Notes: generated by a model from the letters alone, not told the origin. A stretch of 64,000 bases of DNA from Abditibacterium sp. (GCA_965246885.1 OZ251992.1:1344001-1408000), one strand, 5' to 3'. Positions 38,095 through 48,020 are shown, numbered from the stretch's first letter. Numbers and translations are program-made.

Positions 38095-40827
38095 ATGCAA
38101 TTCCAATTTGAATCCGGCCAGCAATACCAACTCGACGCCATCAGCGCCATCGCGGACTTGTTCGAGGGGCAACCCAAACCCGACGTGCCGCAGTTGCTCG
38201 TTCTCGAAGGCACAGCCATCAACGGCAACCGTCTCGATTTGGACGAAGCCGCGCTCCTCGCCAATCTTCAGACGGTGCAAGAGCGCGGCGGCATTTCGCC
38301 CGACACCGCGCTTCAAATCATCGAAGGCGAAATCGAAGTGCCCAACGGCACCAAAAAGAAAAGCAAACACCCTGTCGCCTTTCCCAACTTCTCAATCGAG
38401 ATGGAAACCGGAACCGGCAAAACCTACGTTTATCTGCGAACTGCGCTCGAACTTCATCGCCGCTATGGAATGCGAAAGTTCATCGTCGTTGTGCCTTCGG
38501 TTGCGGTGCGCGAAGGCGTTTTGACCACGCTGCGCCAGACCAAAAAGCATTTTCAAGAGTTGTTCAACAACACGCCGTTTTCCTTCTCGGTTTATAGCGG
38601 CGACAAGCCGCAGGGCGTCGCGGCCTTTGCGCGCGACGAACACGTTCAGTTTCTGGTGATGACCATCCAGTCGTTTGACCAAACCGATTTGCGCGTCATT
38701 TATCGCGGCGACGACAAAAGCGGCGGCAACACCCCCATTCACCTGATTCAAGCCGCGCGCCCGATTCTGTTGCTCGATGAGCCACAGAACATGGAATCGG
38801 AAAAGCGCGTTGCGGCGTTGGCGGCGCTCAATCCTTTGTTCGCGCTACGTTTTAGCGCCACACACCGCAACCCCTACAACTTGATTCACCGCCTCACACC
38901 GTATGACGCCTACCGTTTGGGCTTGGTCAAGCACATCGAAGTCGCCTCGGTTTTGCAGGACAACGACTTCAATCACGCTTTCGTGCGCGTCGATGGCATT
39001 ACCTCGGTCAAAAACACCATCACCGCCAAAATTGCGGTTCACCAGTTGATGCTCGACGGCACAATCAAAGAGAAAACCTACACCTTCAAACCGGGCGACA
39101 ACCTGCGTGAAAGAGCCAATCGCCCCGACTACGACGGCTTCGTCATCACCGAGATCAACCCCGGTGGCGGCTTTGTCGAGTTTGAAAACGGTCTGGAAGT
39201 CCCCAAAGGTATCGCGCACGGCGTCGCCAAAGACCAGATTTTCGAAGCGCAAATCCGCTACACCATCCGCGAACACCTCAAGAAGCAAGAAAGGCTGCGC
39301 GCCAAGGGCATCAAGGTTCTGTCGCTGTTTTTCATTGACCGCGTGGCGAACTACCGCGCCGAAGACGGCGGGCAGGGCAAAATCGCCGAAATGTTCGCGC
39401 GCGCTTTCGATGAAATCAAAGTCGAAACCAAGTTCGCGCCGCACTGGGCGGGCAAAAGCGCGAGCGAAGTGCAGGCGGCCTATTTTGCGGTCAAGAAGAA
39501 AAGCAGGGATGAAGATGTTTTCGAGGATTCAACCAATGGCCGCGCCAAAAAAGATGAGGCGGCCTATGACCTCATCATGCGCGCCAAAGAGAAATTGCTG
39601 TCTTTCGAGGAGCCGGTCGCGTTCTTGTTTTCGCATTCGGCACTGCGCGAAGGCTGGGATAATCCCAACGTCTTCCAGATTTGCACGCTCAACCAAACCA
39701 CCTCAGACATGAAAAAACGCCAAGAAGTCGGGCGCGGCGTGCGTTTGGCGCGCGGCGCCGATGGCGAACTCGTGCGCGACGAAAAAGTGAACATCCTCAC
39801 CGTCGTGGCGAACCAAAGCTACGAAGCCTACGTGGAAACGCTACAAAAGGAGATTAGCGACGAATACGGCGAAAGCGCCACCAAAGTCCCCGTTGCCAAC
39901 GCCAAACGCCTTCAAGCAACGGCGACGCTACAACCCTCGCGGCTCGACCCGGAGTTCACCGAGCTATGGGAGAAAATCAAGCGTAAAACCCGCTACAGCG
40001 TCCACATCAACACGCCACTTCTGGTCGGGGAAGTTGTGGCGGCGCTCAATCAAATCTCCATTAGCCCGCCGCGCGTGAGCGCCGTAAAAGCGCGCATTGA
40101 CGTAGGCGACGAAGACGAACTGCGAACGCAAGAAGTGGGAATCCAGACCAAGATTTTCGACCTGTCGGACGCCGTGCCCTCGACCGATTTGATCGCCACG
40201 ATGCTGCATTTATTAGAGTTCACCACGCCGCGAATGTGTCTGTCGCGCCGCACGCTTTTGGAAATTATCAAACGCCTTGACAGCACCGAAGCCGCGCTCG
40301 CCAATCCGCAAGAGTTCGCACTTAAAGCCGTCGAAAAAATCAAAGGCAAGCTGGCGGAACACCTTATCAATGGCATCCAATACCACGAAACCGGCGAATG
40401 GTTCGACCAAAGCATTCTGGAAGAGACCATAGAAAGTAACGCCGACAAAATGGTGCCGTCCAAGAAGGGGCTTTACGACTACGTTGTCTTCGACTCCAAA
40501 ATCGAGCGCAAATTTGTCGAAGATATGGAGAAGTTGGAATGGCTGCGCCGCTACATCAAATTGCCGCCGCGCTTCACAGTTGATACGCCTATCGGCACCT
40601 ACAACCCCGACTGGGCCATCGTTACCGCTCCAATAGACGATTATGGGGAAGTGGATGAAGAAGACGGCACCGCCCTCTACCTGATTCGAGAAACCAAAAG
40701 CTCGCTCAAACCGGGCGCGCTTCGTCCGGGCGAGGAGCAGAAGATTAGATGCGGCAAGGCGCACTTTAAAGGCGCTTTGGGAGTGAACTTCAAAGAAATC
40801 ACCGATGCCAACCAGATTCTGCCGTAG
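38095..40827 (+). CDS. res: Type III R-M restriction subunit (helicase-nuclease)
   Basis: EMETGTGKT, LLDEPQ, RFSATH, LREGWDNPNVFQI, QEVGRGVR, YNPDWA...ETK. Confidence 0.93.
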   Translation: MQFQFESGQQYQLDAISAIADLFEGQPKPDVPQLLVLEGTAINGNRLDLDEAALLANLQTVQERGGISPDTALQIIEGEIEVPNGTKKKSKHPVAFPNFSIEMETGTGKTYVYLRTALELHRRYGMRKFIVVVPSVAVREGVLTTLRQTKKHFQELFNNTPFSFSVYSGDKPQGVAAFARDEHVQFLVMTIQSFDQTDLRVIYRGDDKSGGNTPIHLIQAARPILLLDEPQNMESEKRVAALAALNPLFALRFSATHRNPYNLIHRLTPYDAYRLGLVKHIEVASVLQDNDFNHAFVRVDGITSVKNTITAKIAVHQLMLDGTIKEKTYTFKPGDNLRERANRPDYDGFVITEINPGGGFVEFENGLEVPKGIAHGVAKDQIFEAQIRYTIREHLKKQERLRAKGIKVLSLFFIDRVANYRAEDGGQGKIAEMFARAFDEIKVETKFAPHWAGKSASEVQAAYFAVKKKSRDEDVFEDSTNGRAKKDEAAYDLIMRAKEKLLSFEEPVAFLFSHSALREGWDNPNVFQICTLNQTTSDMKKRQEVGRGVRLARGADGELVRDEKVNILTVVANQSYEAYVETLQKEISDEYGESATKVPVANAKRLQATATLQPSRLDPEFTELWEKIKRKTRYSVHINTPLLVGEVVAALNQISISPPRVSAVKARIDVGDEDELRTQEVGIQTKIFDLSDAVPSTDLIATMLHLLEFTTPRMCLSRRTLLEIIKRLDSTEAALANPQEFALKAVEKIKGKLAEHLINGIQYHETGEWFDQSILEETIESNADKMVPSKKGLYDYVVFDSKIERKFVEDMEKLEWLRRYIKLPPRFTVDTPIGTYNPDWAIVTAPIDDYGEVDEEDGTALYLIRETKSSLKPGALRPGEEQKIRCGKAHFKGALGVNFKEITDANQILP

Positions 40828-40832
40828 AGCAG

Positions 40833-40859
40833 GAGCGGGGCCTGCGCCCTCATCCAATT
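40833..40859 (+). repeat. REP copy 4 directly after res stop
   Basis: gagcggggcctgcgccctcatccaatt, 24/27 identical to copy 2. Confidence 0.85.
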
Positions 40860-40978
40860 GATGTCAGAGTTTCGGGGCAAGTCAAGGAGAGGCGGCGGGC
40901 CGTCATTCCTCGTCGTTTGCCCTTCCAACGAGAGTGCGCTTGCCGATGAGGGCGCGTTTCAAGCGTGAAACCTTCCAA

Positions 40979-41293
40979 TTCGGTCGTCTATTGGCATATT
41001 GCTATTATGTATCCGCATGTTTCGGTCTTCTATTGGCCTGATTCAGTCGTCTCGCGGCATGTTGCTATTATCTATCCGCCTGTCACGGTCGTCTATCGGC
41101 ATGTTTCGGTCGTCTCGCGGCATGTTGCTATTATGTATCCGCATGTTTCGGTCTTCTATTGGCCTGTTTCGGTCGTCTCGCGGCATGTTGCTATTATCTA
41201 TCCGCCTGTCACGGTCGTCTATCGGCATGTTTCGGTCGTCTCGCGGCATGTTGCTATTATCTATCCGCCTGTCACGGTCGTCTGTTCGCGTGT
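40979..41293. repeat. 21-bp tandem array (~15 units) with 63-bp higher-order period
   Basis: Cycling units ttcggtcgtctcgcggcatgt / tgctattat(c/g)tatccgc(c/a)tgt / cacggtcgtctatcggcatgt or ttcggtcttctattggcctgt. Confidence 0.92.
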
Positions 41294-41326
41294 TTCGATG
41301 CGCTATCGAGCGTCTTCTAAGCTGCC

Positions 41327-42631
41327 TCATTGCGCGAGGTATTGCATACGCAGTTCTGGGAGGCGGACTTTGCCTTTTTCAGTCCACCATTGTTTGTCTA
41401 TTAAGTAGCCGCGCGGCGACGCGAAGAAGGCTTTGACAGGGGCATCATCGTTGTGCCGTTGCGCGAAGTTCATCAGGGTGTTCGCGGCCCATACCGAGTC
41501 GGGTTGCGCTTTGCATAGGGCAGTTATGCCGCGCTTGAAGCGGTCGTAGGAAAAAGCGGTCTCCTTCCATATATCCCCGTAATAACCCACTTGCGTCCAA
41601 ATCATGCGGGCGTAGAAGATGTCGCCCTTGGTGCCGCCCAATGCGTCGGCGCGGTGCGTCACGAACGCTTCCAATTCGCCGGGGGCGCCGAACCAGCGAG
41701 TCATGAGCAATATGCCGCGCGAGCGGTAAAGGGGCAGGTAGTTCGGGAACTTGGCCGCGCCTTCTTTGAAGAGGGCATCGAGAGACTCGCGCGGTAGGCC
41801 CGACAGTTGCGCCCACCCTTGGCAGACATCGAAAGCGAGCGGCGAATCGTAAGCCGTTGCGGGTAGCGCTTTGATGTCGGCAAAGGCGTGCGCGAGCGCG
41901 TCGTTCATGTCTTGGCTCATTTCGGGCGTGATGGTGTTCGCGTAGCCGTCGCCGCGTATGCGCCACGCAGCGTCCGTCCAGCATTGAATCGCCACGATGC
42001 GCGCCAAGTTGGAGTTAGGCCGCGCCACTTTCCATGCCGCCAGCGCGCTTTGCGGGGTGGGCGTGCCGTCGTGTTTGCCGCACAATCCCTCGAAGAAATA
42101 GCGTAGAGACGGCATCCCTTCGGCGTTGGTGGCGCCGCTCTTTTGTAGGTCGCGCGCGGTGTGCTCGATGTCGTCGTAGCGTTTGGCTTTGAGCAGGGCG
42201 GCGCCTTTGTCGTGCCACACGGCTTGATGCTTCATCACGTCGCCGGTCACGAATTGAAGCGGCTTGAGTTGCAAGTGCGGATATTGGGCGCGGATGCGGC
42301 GGGCGTTGATGAAATGATCGTAGGGCGCGCTTCCACCATCCATCGCGTCGGCTTTGCTGTAGTCGCGGATGGCGGCGTCTATGTCGCCCAAGTTATACGC
42401 GCCATCGCCCGCCGACCACCAGCCGTTGGAATCGGCGGGATGCGACCCTTGCCACGCGCGCCCTTCGGTGATAATGGAGTGCCAATCGCCCTTGGTGGCC
42501 AGAGCCGTCATGCGCGCCGAGAACGTGGCCCGCGCCGCTTGTTCCGCCGGCGCCGGAGTTGGCGGAACTTCTTGCGCCGAGGCGAGCGGCGTCAACAACA
42601 AGAGCGCGGCCCCAACAGTAAATTTATTCAT
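41327..42631 (-). CDS. Secreted TPR + DUF4034-like protein
   Basis: Signal peptide; WKVARPNS...AWRIRGDGYA...TRWFG; start reassigned to ATG 42631. Confidence 0.7.
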   Translation of the reverse strand: MNKFTVGAALLLLTPLASAQEVPPTPAPAEQAARATFSARMTALATKGDWHSIITEGRAWQGSHPADSNGWWSAGDGAYNLGDIDAAIRDYSKADAMDGGSAPYDHFINARRIRAQYPHLQLKPLQFVTGDVMKHQAVWHDKGAALLKAKRYDDIEHTARDLQKSGATNAEGMPSLRYFFEGLCGKHDGTPTPQSALAAWKVARPNSNLARIVAIQCWTDAAWRIRGDGYANTITPEMSQDMNDALAHAFADIKALPATAYDSPLAFDVCQGWAQLSGLPRESLDALFKEGAAKFPNYLPLYRSRGILLMTRWFGAPGELEAFVTHRADALGGTKGDIFYARMIWTQVGYYGDIWKETAFSYDRFKRGITALCKAQPDSVWAANTLMNFAQRHNDDAPVKAFFASPRGYLIDKQWWTEKGKVRLPELRMQYLAQ

Positions 42632-42695
42632 CGGATGCAGTGTGACTTCCAACGTCGGGCATGACCCGACGGAAGCAGTCAGCCGAGTAACTCGC

Positions 42696-42846
42696 GGCCT
42701 AATTCTTTGGACGACAGACATAACTCCCGACCCAGTTATGTCTGTCGTCCAAAGAATTAGGCCGTTCTTTCGATGGCGCGGGTAATTCTTCGGGAAAACT
42801 TCCCCGTTTACCGAGGGAACTGCATAGTTTTCTGAAAGAATTACCC
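42696..42846. repeat. Two adjacent palindromes with TAATTCTT...AAGAATTA ends
   Basis: Perfect 30-bp stem 42696-42725/42734-42763; 18/21 IR 42780-42800/42826-42846. Confidence 0.85.
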
Positions 42847-42904
42847 CTCTCTTTGGTTGCCAGAGGTCTGTCGCGCGGCGCGGGAAGGCGGCAAACTGAG
42901 GGGG

Positions 42905-43222
42905 ATGAACTCTGCTCCGATTCCACCGACTGCTTGTCCGGCGTGCGGGTTCGCGCCGATGCGGGCGCTGTCGAGTGTCTCCGAGGCCGACGCGCAGGGG
43001 CGCAAGCGCGACATGGAGGATTACATCACCCCGCAACGCGGCGAAACGGACGGCGATTACGGCGGGCAAATGGGATTGCAGTGGCTCTTGGTGCAGTTCG
43101 TCGGGTGGATGGAAAAGGGCAAAAACGCGCGCAAAATCCGCCGCGCCCGCGCCGAAATACTGCCGCGCAACCCGAACGCGCTGATTTGCCCCAGTTGCTA
43201 CGAAGTTTTGGAGCGGCTGTGA
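42905..43222 (+). CDS. Small protein with split Zn-finger (CPAC...CPSC)
   Basis: Two CxxC pairs at the termini; CAAACT 7 nt upstream of ATG. Confidence 0.55.
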   Translation: MNSAPIPPTACPACGFAPMRALSSVSEADAQGRKRDMEDYITPQRGETDGDYGGQMGLQWLLVQFVGWMEKGKNARKIRRARAEILPRNPNALICPSCYEVLERL

Positions 43223-43239
43223 CTGGCGGGCGGGGGCGC

Positions 43240-43743
43240 TCACGCAAATCCATTAGCCGCCGCGTGTTGGAAAAGCCCGGTGCGCGGGTCGAACTCGACG
43301 CCCCAAAATCCTGAACCGCCGTCGCACACAACTTCGGCGCCGCGCCGCCACACTTGACGTTTGTCGGCATCGGCGGGCGAATCGGGCAGAGCGTTGACGT
43401 AAATCAAGCGCGTCTTGCCGCGCACGAGCGCGCCGTATTGGAAGTGGTAAGCGGAAAAGCGGTTGTCCCAACCCGCCGCACGGCGCGTTTTCATCCACGC
43501 CGGCAGGGCGCATTCCAAGCGCCGGACTTCAACTTTCGATGGCGCGACTGGCGTCCAGTAGCCGACGGGCGACTCGCGCGAACACTGTCTGCCAAACTCG
43601 CGCGCCAAGCGCGCCCCGAAAACGACGCCGCGTTTGGACGGCGAAAGCGGCTGCAACGGCTGACGGTAGATCGGCGGCTCGCCCGATTGGGCAAGGGCGG
43701 CGGAGACAAGTAGACAAAGCGACGGGATGGGCAAGAGCTTCAT
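43240..43743 (-). CDS. Secreted hypothetical protein
   Basis: Signal peptide ALA-QS; YHFQY...IYVNA...VCDGG. Confidence 0.65.
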   Translation of the reverse strand: MKLLPIPSLCLLVSAALAQSGEPPIYRQPLQPLSPSKRGVVFGARLAREFGRQCSRESPVGYWTPVAPSKVEVRRLECALPAWMKTRRAAGWDNRFSAYHFQYGALVRGKTRLIYVNALPDSPADADKRQVWRRGAEVVCDGGSGFWGVEFDPRTGLFQHAAANGFA

Positions 43744-43831
43744 TGGGTGCAGTTTGCGGGATAGGGCTTTGCATGGCGTCCGACAGCTTTCGGCGTGCTT
43801 TGGCGGGCGCTCTTAAACTGCTCTTCAATTG

Positions 43832-45718
43832 ATGAACACCCTTTTTCGTTCTGTGTGGAGGGCGGGGTTGCCCGCCGTTGCGCTGTTGGGAGCGGTGGGT
43901 TTGGGCGGGTGCGGCGGGCAGGAGAAGTTCGCCAACTCCAATGTCGCGCTGTCGAGCGGCGAAGCCGACAAGGGCGTCGCCGATGCCCAAAGCGGCAGTG
44001 TCTCTATCCCGCCCTCGACCCTTGGCAAATACGGCGGGCAACTGACCGACGCGACCATCTCCGACCCGAAGACGTTCAACCTATGGGTTTCCGCCGAGAC
44101 CTCCTCGTCCGACGCGACGGGTAGCCTGTATGAGAACCTCATCAACCGCAACTCTTACACGCTTCAATGGGAAAGCCAACTCGCCGAACTGCCGACGATT
44201 TCCGCCGACAAACTGACGTGGACTTTTAAGATTAAGCCCGAAGTCAAGTGGAGCGATGGGCAACCCATCACCGCCGATGACGTGATCTTCACCCTCGGTG
44301 TGCTGTATGACCCGGCGATTCAAACCAACATGCGCGAAGGTTTGCTGGTGGATGTGCCCGATGGCAAAGGCGGTTATAAGGGCGTGCCGCTCGTTTACAA
44401 AAAGGTGGACGCGCGCACTGTTGAGTTCAAGTTTCCCGTGCCGTATGCGCCCGCGCGCTCGATGCTCTCGTTCCCTATCGCGCCCAAGCATGTGCTGGAA
44501 GAAGCGTATAAGTCGGGCCAGTTCAACTCAACGTGGGGCGTCAACACGGCGGAGAAAACCCCCGAAGCCCTTATTACAAGCGGGCCTTGGGTGCTGAAAT
44601 CGTACGTGCCCGGACAGCGCATGGTGTACGCGCGCAACCCGCACTATTGGCGCCGCGACGCCAAAGGGCGCGCCCTGCCGTATCTCGACGGGCTGACCAC
44701 GCTCATCGTCACCGACACCAACACGACCACGCTTAAGTTTCTGGGCGGCGAAACCGACGTTTTGGGAGTCCAACCCAACGATTACCAAACCGTCAAAGCG
44801 CAGGAGGGCAAGGGCAACTTTTCGGTGCGCATCCTCGGCCCGACGCAAACGACCAGCTTCTTGGGTTTCAACCTCAACATGAAAAGTCAAGGGGCGCAAG
44901 AGAACCCGGAACTGTTCCGCTTGTTTAACGACGTGCGCTTTCGCCGCGCCGTCTCGCACGCCATTGACCGCGACAAAATCTGCCGCAACGTGTATCAGGG
45001 CCTCGCCCAACCGGGTTACGGGCCAGAAACCCCCGCCAACAAAGCGTTCTTCAATAAGGACATCCCAACCTTTCCGTATAACCCCACCAAAGCCAAGCAG
45101 CTTTTGTCCGAGTGCGGTCTGCAAGCGGGCGCCGATGGGATGTGGGGGTTCTCCGATGGTAAGCCGGTGCAGTTCACCATTCAAACCAACGCTTCCAATA
45201 AACTGCGCATCGCGCAGGGAACGATCTTGCAGGACAACCTCAAGGCCGTCGGCTTGGACGCGCGCTTTACACCGGTTGACTTCAATGTGTTGGTCGCGCA
45301 ACTGGACGCCAAGCCCGACAAAGGCAAGCCATACCCGCCTTACAACTGGCAAAGCATCATCTTGGGCTTTAGCGGCGGCGATGTAGACCCGCACGGCAGC
45401 CGCAACATCTGGATGAGCCGCGCCAACTTGCATCAGTGGGAGCCATACCAAGACAAGCCGGTGCGCCCTTGGGAAGCGCAGTTGGACGACATCTTCCGGC
45501 GCGGCGCGCAGGAAATGGACGAAACTAAGCGCCGCGCCATCTACAACGACTACCAAAAGGTCGTCGCCGAGCAACTCCCCTTCATTTATACCGTCGTGCC
45601 GCAGTCCATCTCCGCGCTCCGCAACAAATACGGCAACGTCAAGCCTTCGTCTACGGGCGGCCAGACGTGGAATGTGTGGGAAATGTATGACCAAAGCGCC
45701 ACGCGCGAGGCGCCCTGA
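43832..45718 (+). CDS. Peptide/nickel ABC substrate-binding lipoprotein (family 5)
   Basis: Lipobox LGGC; DPKTFN, KWSDGQPITADDVIFT, RFRRAVSHAIDR. Confidence 0.92.
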   Translation: MNTLFRSVWRAGLPAVALLGAVGLGGCGGQEKFANSNVALSSGEADKGVADAQSGSVSIPPSTLGKYGGQLTDATISDPKTFNLWVSAETSSSDATGSLYENLINRNSYTLQWESQLAELPTISADKLTWTFKIKPEVKWSDGQPITADDVIFTLGVLYDPAIQTNMREGLLVDVPDGKGGYKGVPLVYKKVDARTVEFKFPVPYAPARSMLSFPIAPKHVLEEAYKSGQFNSTWGVNTAEKTPEALITSGPWVLKSYVPGQRMVYARNPHYWRRDAKGRALPYLDGLTTLIVTDTNTTTLKFLGGETDVLGVQPNDYQTVKAQEGKGNFSVRILGPTQTTSFLGFNLNMKSQGAQENPELFRLFNDVRFRRAVSHAIDRDKICRNVYQGLAQPGYGPETPANKAFFNKDIPTFPYNPTKAKQLLSECGLQAGADGMWGFSDGKPVQFTIQTNASNKLRIAQGTILQDNLKAVGLDARFTPVDFNVLVAQLDAKPDKGKPYPPYNWQSIILGFSGGDVDPHGSRNIWMSRANLHQWEPYQDKPVRPWEAQLDDIFRRGAQEMDETKRRAIYNDYQKVVAEQLPFIYTVVPQSISALRNKYGNVKPSSTGGQTWNVWEMYDQSATREAP

Positions 45719-45733
45719 GCGCCCCCTCCTCCC

Positions 45734-46699
45734 ATGTTCCGCTTTATTCTTCGCCGCTTGATTCAAACGCTGCCGCTCCTTTTGGCGGTGACGGTGGTGT
45801 CGTTCATCGTGATGCAACTGGCGCCGGGAGATTTCCTGACTTCCCTGCGCGGTCAGCCGCAGATTAAGCCCGAAACCATCGAGCGCTTGTCGCGCGACTT
45901 CGGCTTGGACAAGCCCAAACCCGCGCAATATGGCTTGTGGCTGTGGAACGCGCTCCACCTTAACTTCGGCTACTCGTTCACGTATAAAATTCCGGTTTTT
46001 ACCCTTATCCGCCAGCGCGTTTATTACACCCTCCTGCTCGCCGTCTGGTCAACCCTTTTGTCTTGGGCGGTGGCCATCCCCTTGGGTATCTACATTGGCA
46101 CCCATCGGAACTCTGTCGCCGACCGCGTCTCGAACCTCGTCGCGTTTGCGGGGGTGTCGTTGCCGGGTTTTTTCGTGGCGCTGTTGGCGATGCGGCTCGC
46201 GCAAACAAGTGGCTGGTTCCCCGTTGGCGGCGCGACGAGTCCCAACTACGATTCCCTGTCGTGGGCGGGCAAGACGTGGGATACCGGAAAGCACCTGTTT
46301 TTGCCCGTGTTGGTGCTGGGCACGCGCGGGGTCGCAAGCCTGATGCGCCAAATGCGCGGCAACGTCATCGAAGTGCTCAGCGAGCAGTACATCCTCGCGG
46401 CGCGCGCGCGCGGCCTAAGCGCGCGCCGCGTCGTGTGGAAGCACGCGGTTCGCAACGCCATCAACCCGATGATCACGCTCTTTGGCTTTGAGATTTCGGG
46501 GCTGTTGGCGGGCGCGGCGCTCGTTGAGAACGTCATGGCGTGGCCCGGTTTAGGGCAACTGTTGCTTTCCGCCGTGCAAGCCAAAGATTTATACGTGGCG
46601 ATGGGCAGTTTCGTGATGGGAACGGTGCTTCTTATCGTGGGCAACCTCATCGCCGACGTGATGCTCGCCGTTACCGACCCGCGCATCAAGTTTGGCTAA
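45734..46699 (+). CDS. Peptide ABC permease (OppB/DppB-like)
   Basis: APGD, GLDKP, YILAARARGL EAA loop, DPRIK. Confidence 0.93.
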   Translation: MFRFILRRLIQTLPLLLAVTVVSFIVMQLAPGDFLTSLRGQPQIKPETIERLSRDFGLDKPKPAQYGLWLWNALHLNFGYSFTYKIPVFTLIRQRVYYTLLLAVWSTLLSWAVAIPLGIYIGTHRNSVADRVSNLVAFAGVSLPGFFVALLAMRLAQTSGWFPVGGATSPNYDSLSWAGKTWDTGKHLFLPVLVLGTRGVASLMRQMRGNVIEVLSEQYILAARARGLSARRVVWKHAVRNAINPMITLFGFEISGLLAGAALVENVMAWPGLGQLLLSAVQAKDLYVAMGSFVMGTVLLIVGNLIADVMLAVTDPRIKFG

Positions 46700-46724
46700 C
46701 CCTCGCTTCTTTCTTCCCACTTCC

Positions 46725-47960
46725 ATGACTGAACCGCGCTCTCCCGATTCCGAACAGTCCGATGCGCCCGCCGCTTCAAGCGAGGGTCAACTCGCCGCCT
46801 CACCTGCGCTTACTCCCGGAAGTGTTGCCGACGCCAAAGCCGCGCGCCAAGCGCTCACGGGACGCGCGGCGCGCGAGCTATTAGGCGCTTCGCAGTCTCC
46901 CTCGCAACTTGCATGGCGCGAACTGCGCAAGAATCGCTGGGCCATGACCGGATTGTGGCTTTTGGCGGTTCTGTATTTCGTGGCCCTGTTCGGCCAGTTC
47001 TTCGCGCCTTTCGACTACCAAGACCAGAACCCGCAAGGCCTCAACCTCTCGTTCCACCCGCCCATGAAGCTGCGCTTGCGCGACGCGCAAAGCGGCGCTT
47101 TCGGCGCTCCGTTCGTTTACGGCACGAGTCTCCAGAACGGCGAGTTCCTCCCTGACCTCCACAAGAAGTGGCCCTTGCGCGCTTTTATTCATGGCACACC
47201 GTACAAGCTCTGGGGACTGATTCGCACGGACGTGCATTTTCTGGGCGCGCAAGATGGGCCGGTGTTTTTGCTCGGCACCGACGAATTTGGCCGCGACTAC
47301 CTGTCGCGCCTCATCTACGGCTCGATGATTTCCCTGTCCGTTGGGTTCATTGGCATCCTGATTACTTTCTCGTTGGGGATGCTCGTGGGCGGCATCGCGG
47401 GCTATTACGGTGGGCGGGTGGACGATGTAATCATGCGCGTATGCGAGATCATCATGTCCGTCCCAGACTTCTACCTGCTCCTCGCTCTCGCGGCGGCGCT
47501 CCCCCAAACCCTTCCGCCTGTCACCGTTTACTTGCTCATCATCGCCATTCTGTCTTTCGTGGGTTGGGCGGGCATGGCGCGCATCATTCGCGGCATGGTG
47601 CTGTCGGTGCGCGAGCGAGAGTATGTCGAAGCAGGGCGCGCGCTTGGCTTATCCGACTTGAAAATCATCGTGCGCCACGTGTTGCCCTCGACCTTTACCT
47701 ACGCCATCATCGCCGCCACCATGAGCGTTCCCGGCTACATCCTCGCCGAAGCGGGACTCTCGTTTCTGGGGTTGGGCATCCGCGAGCCGATGGCCAGTTG
47801 GGGCAACATGCTATCCGCCGCGCAGAACCTCTCCACGCTCACCATGCGGCCTTGGATACTCGCCCCCGGCTTCGTTATCTTCCTTGCGACGCTCGCTTTC
47901 AACTTTCTGGGCGACGGTTTGCGCGACGCGCTCGATCCCAAGTCGCGCAAGTTAGGGTAA
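46725..47960 (+). CDS. Peptide ABC permease (OppC/DppC-like)
   Basis: LGTDEFGRD, REYVEAGRALG, GDGLRDALDP. Confidence 0.93.
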   Translation: MTEPRSPDSEQSDAPAASSEGQLAASPALTPGSVADAKAARQALTGRAARELLGASQSPSQLAWRELRKNRWAMTGLWLLAVLYFVALFGQFFAPFDYQDQNPQGLNLSFHPPMKLRLRDAQSGAFGAPFVYGTSLQNGEFLPDLHKKWPLRAFIHGTPYKLWGLIRTDVHFLGAQDGPVFLLGTDEFGRDYLSRLIYGSMISLSVGFIGILITFSLGMLVGGIAGYYGGRVDDVIMRVCEIIMSVPDFYLLLALAAALPQTLPPVTVYLLIIAILSFVGWAGMARIIRGMVLSVREREYVEAGRALGLSDLKIIVRHVLPSTFTYAIIAATMSVPGYILAEAGLSFLGLGIREPMASWGNMLSAAQNLSTLTMRPWILAPGFVIFLATLAFNFLGDGLRDALDPKSRKLG

Positions 47961-48020
47961 ATCCACTGGGGCGGAGACTGTCAAGTGGCGTGCGGCGTGC
48001 GATACTTTGACGTTCTTTTT

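Noticed and set aside
27000..41293. Tandem arrays as CRISPR arrays
   Set aside because: Units are contiguous and degenerate with no unique spacers, and no cas genes are in the window.
40965..41436. ORFs of 95-147 aa over the 21-bp array
   Set aside because: Open frames follow from the repeat period; several overlapping frames are equally open and none resembles a known protein.
42632..43243. N-terminal 204 aa of the 638-aa ORF 41327..43243
   Set aside because: Runs through palindromes and antisense to a small gene; a signal peptide begins at ATG 42631.
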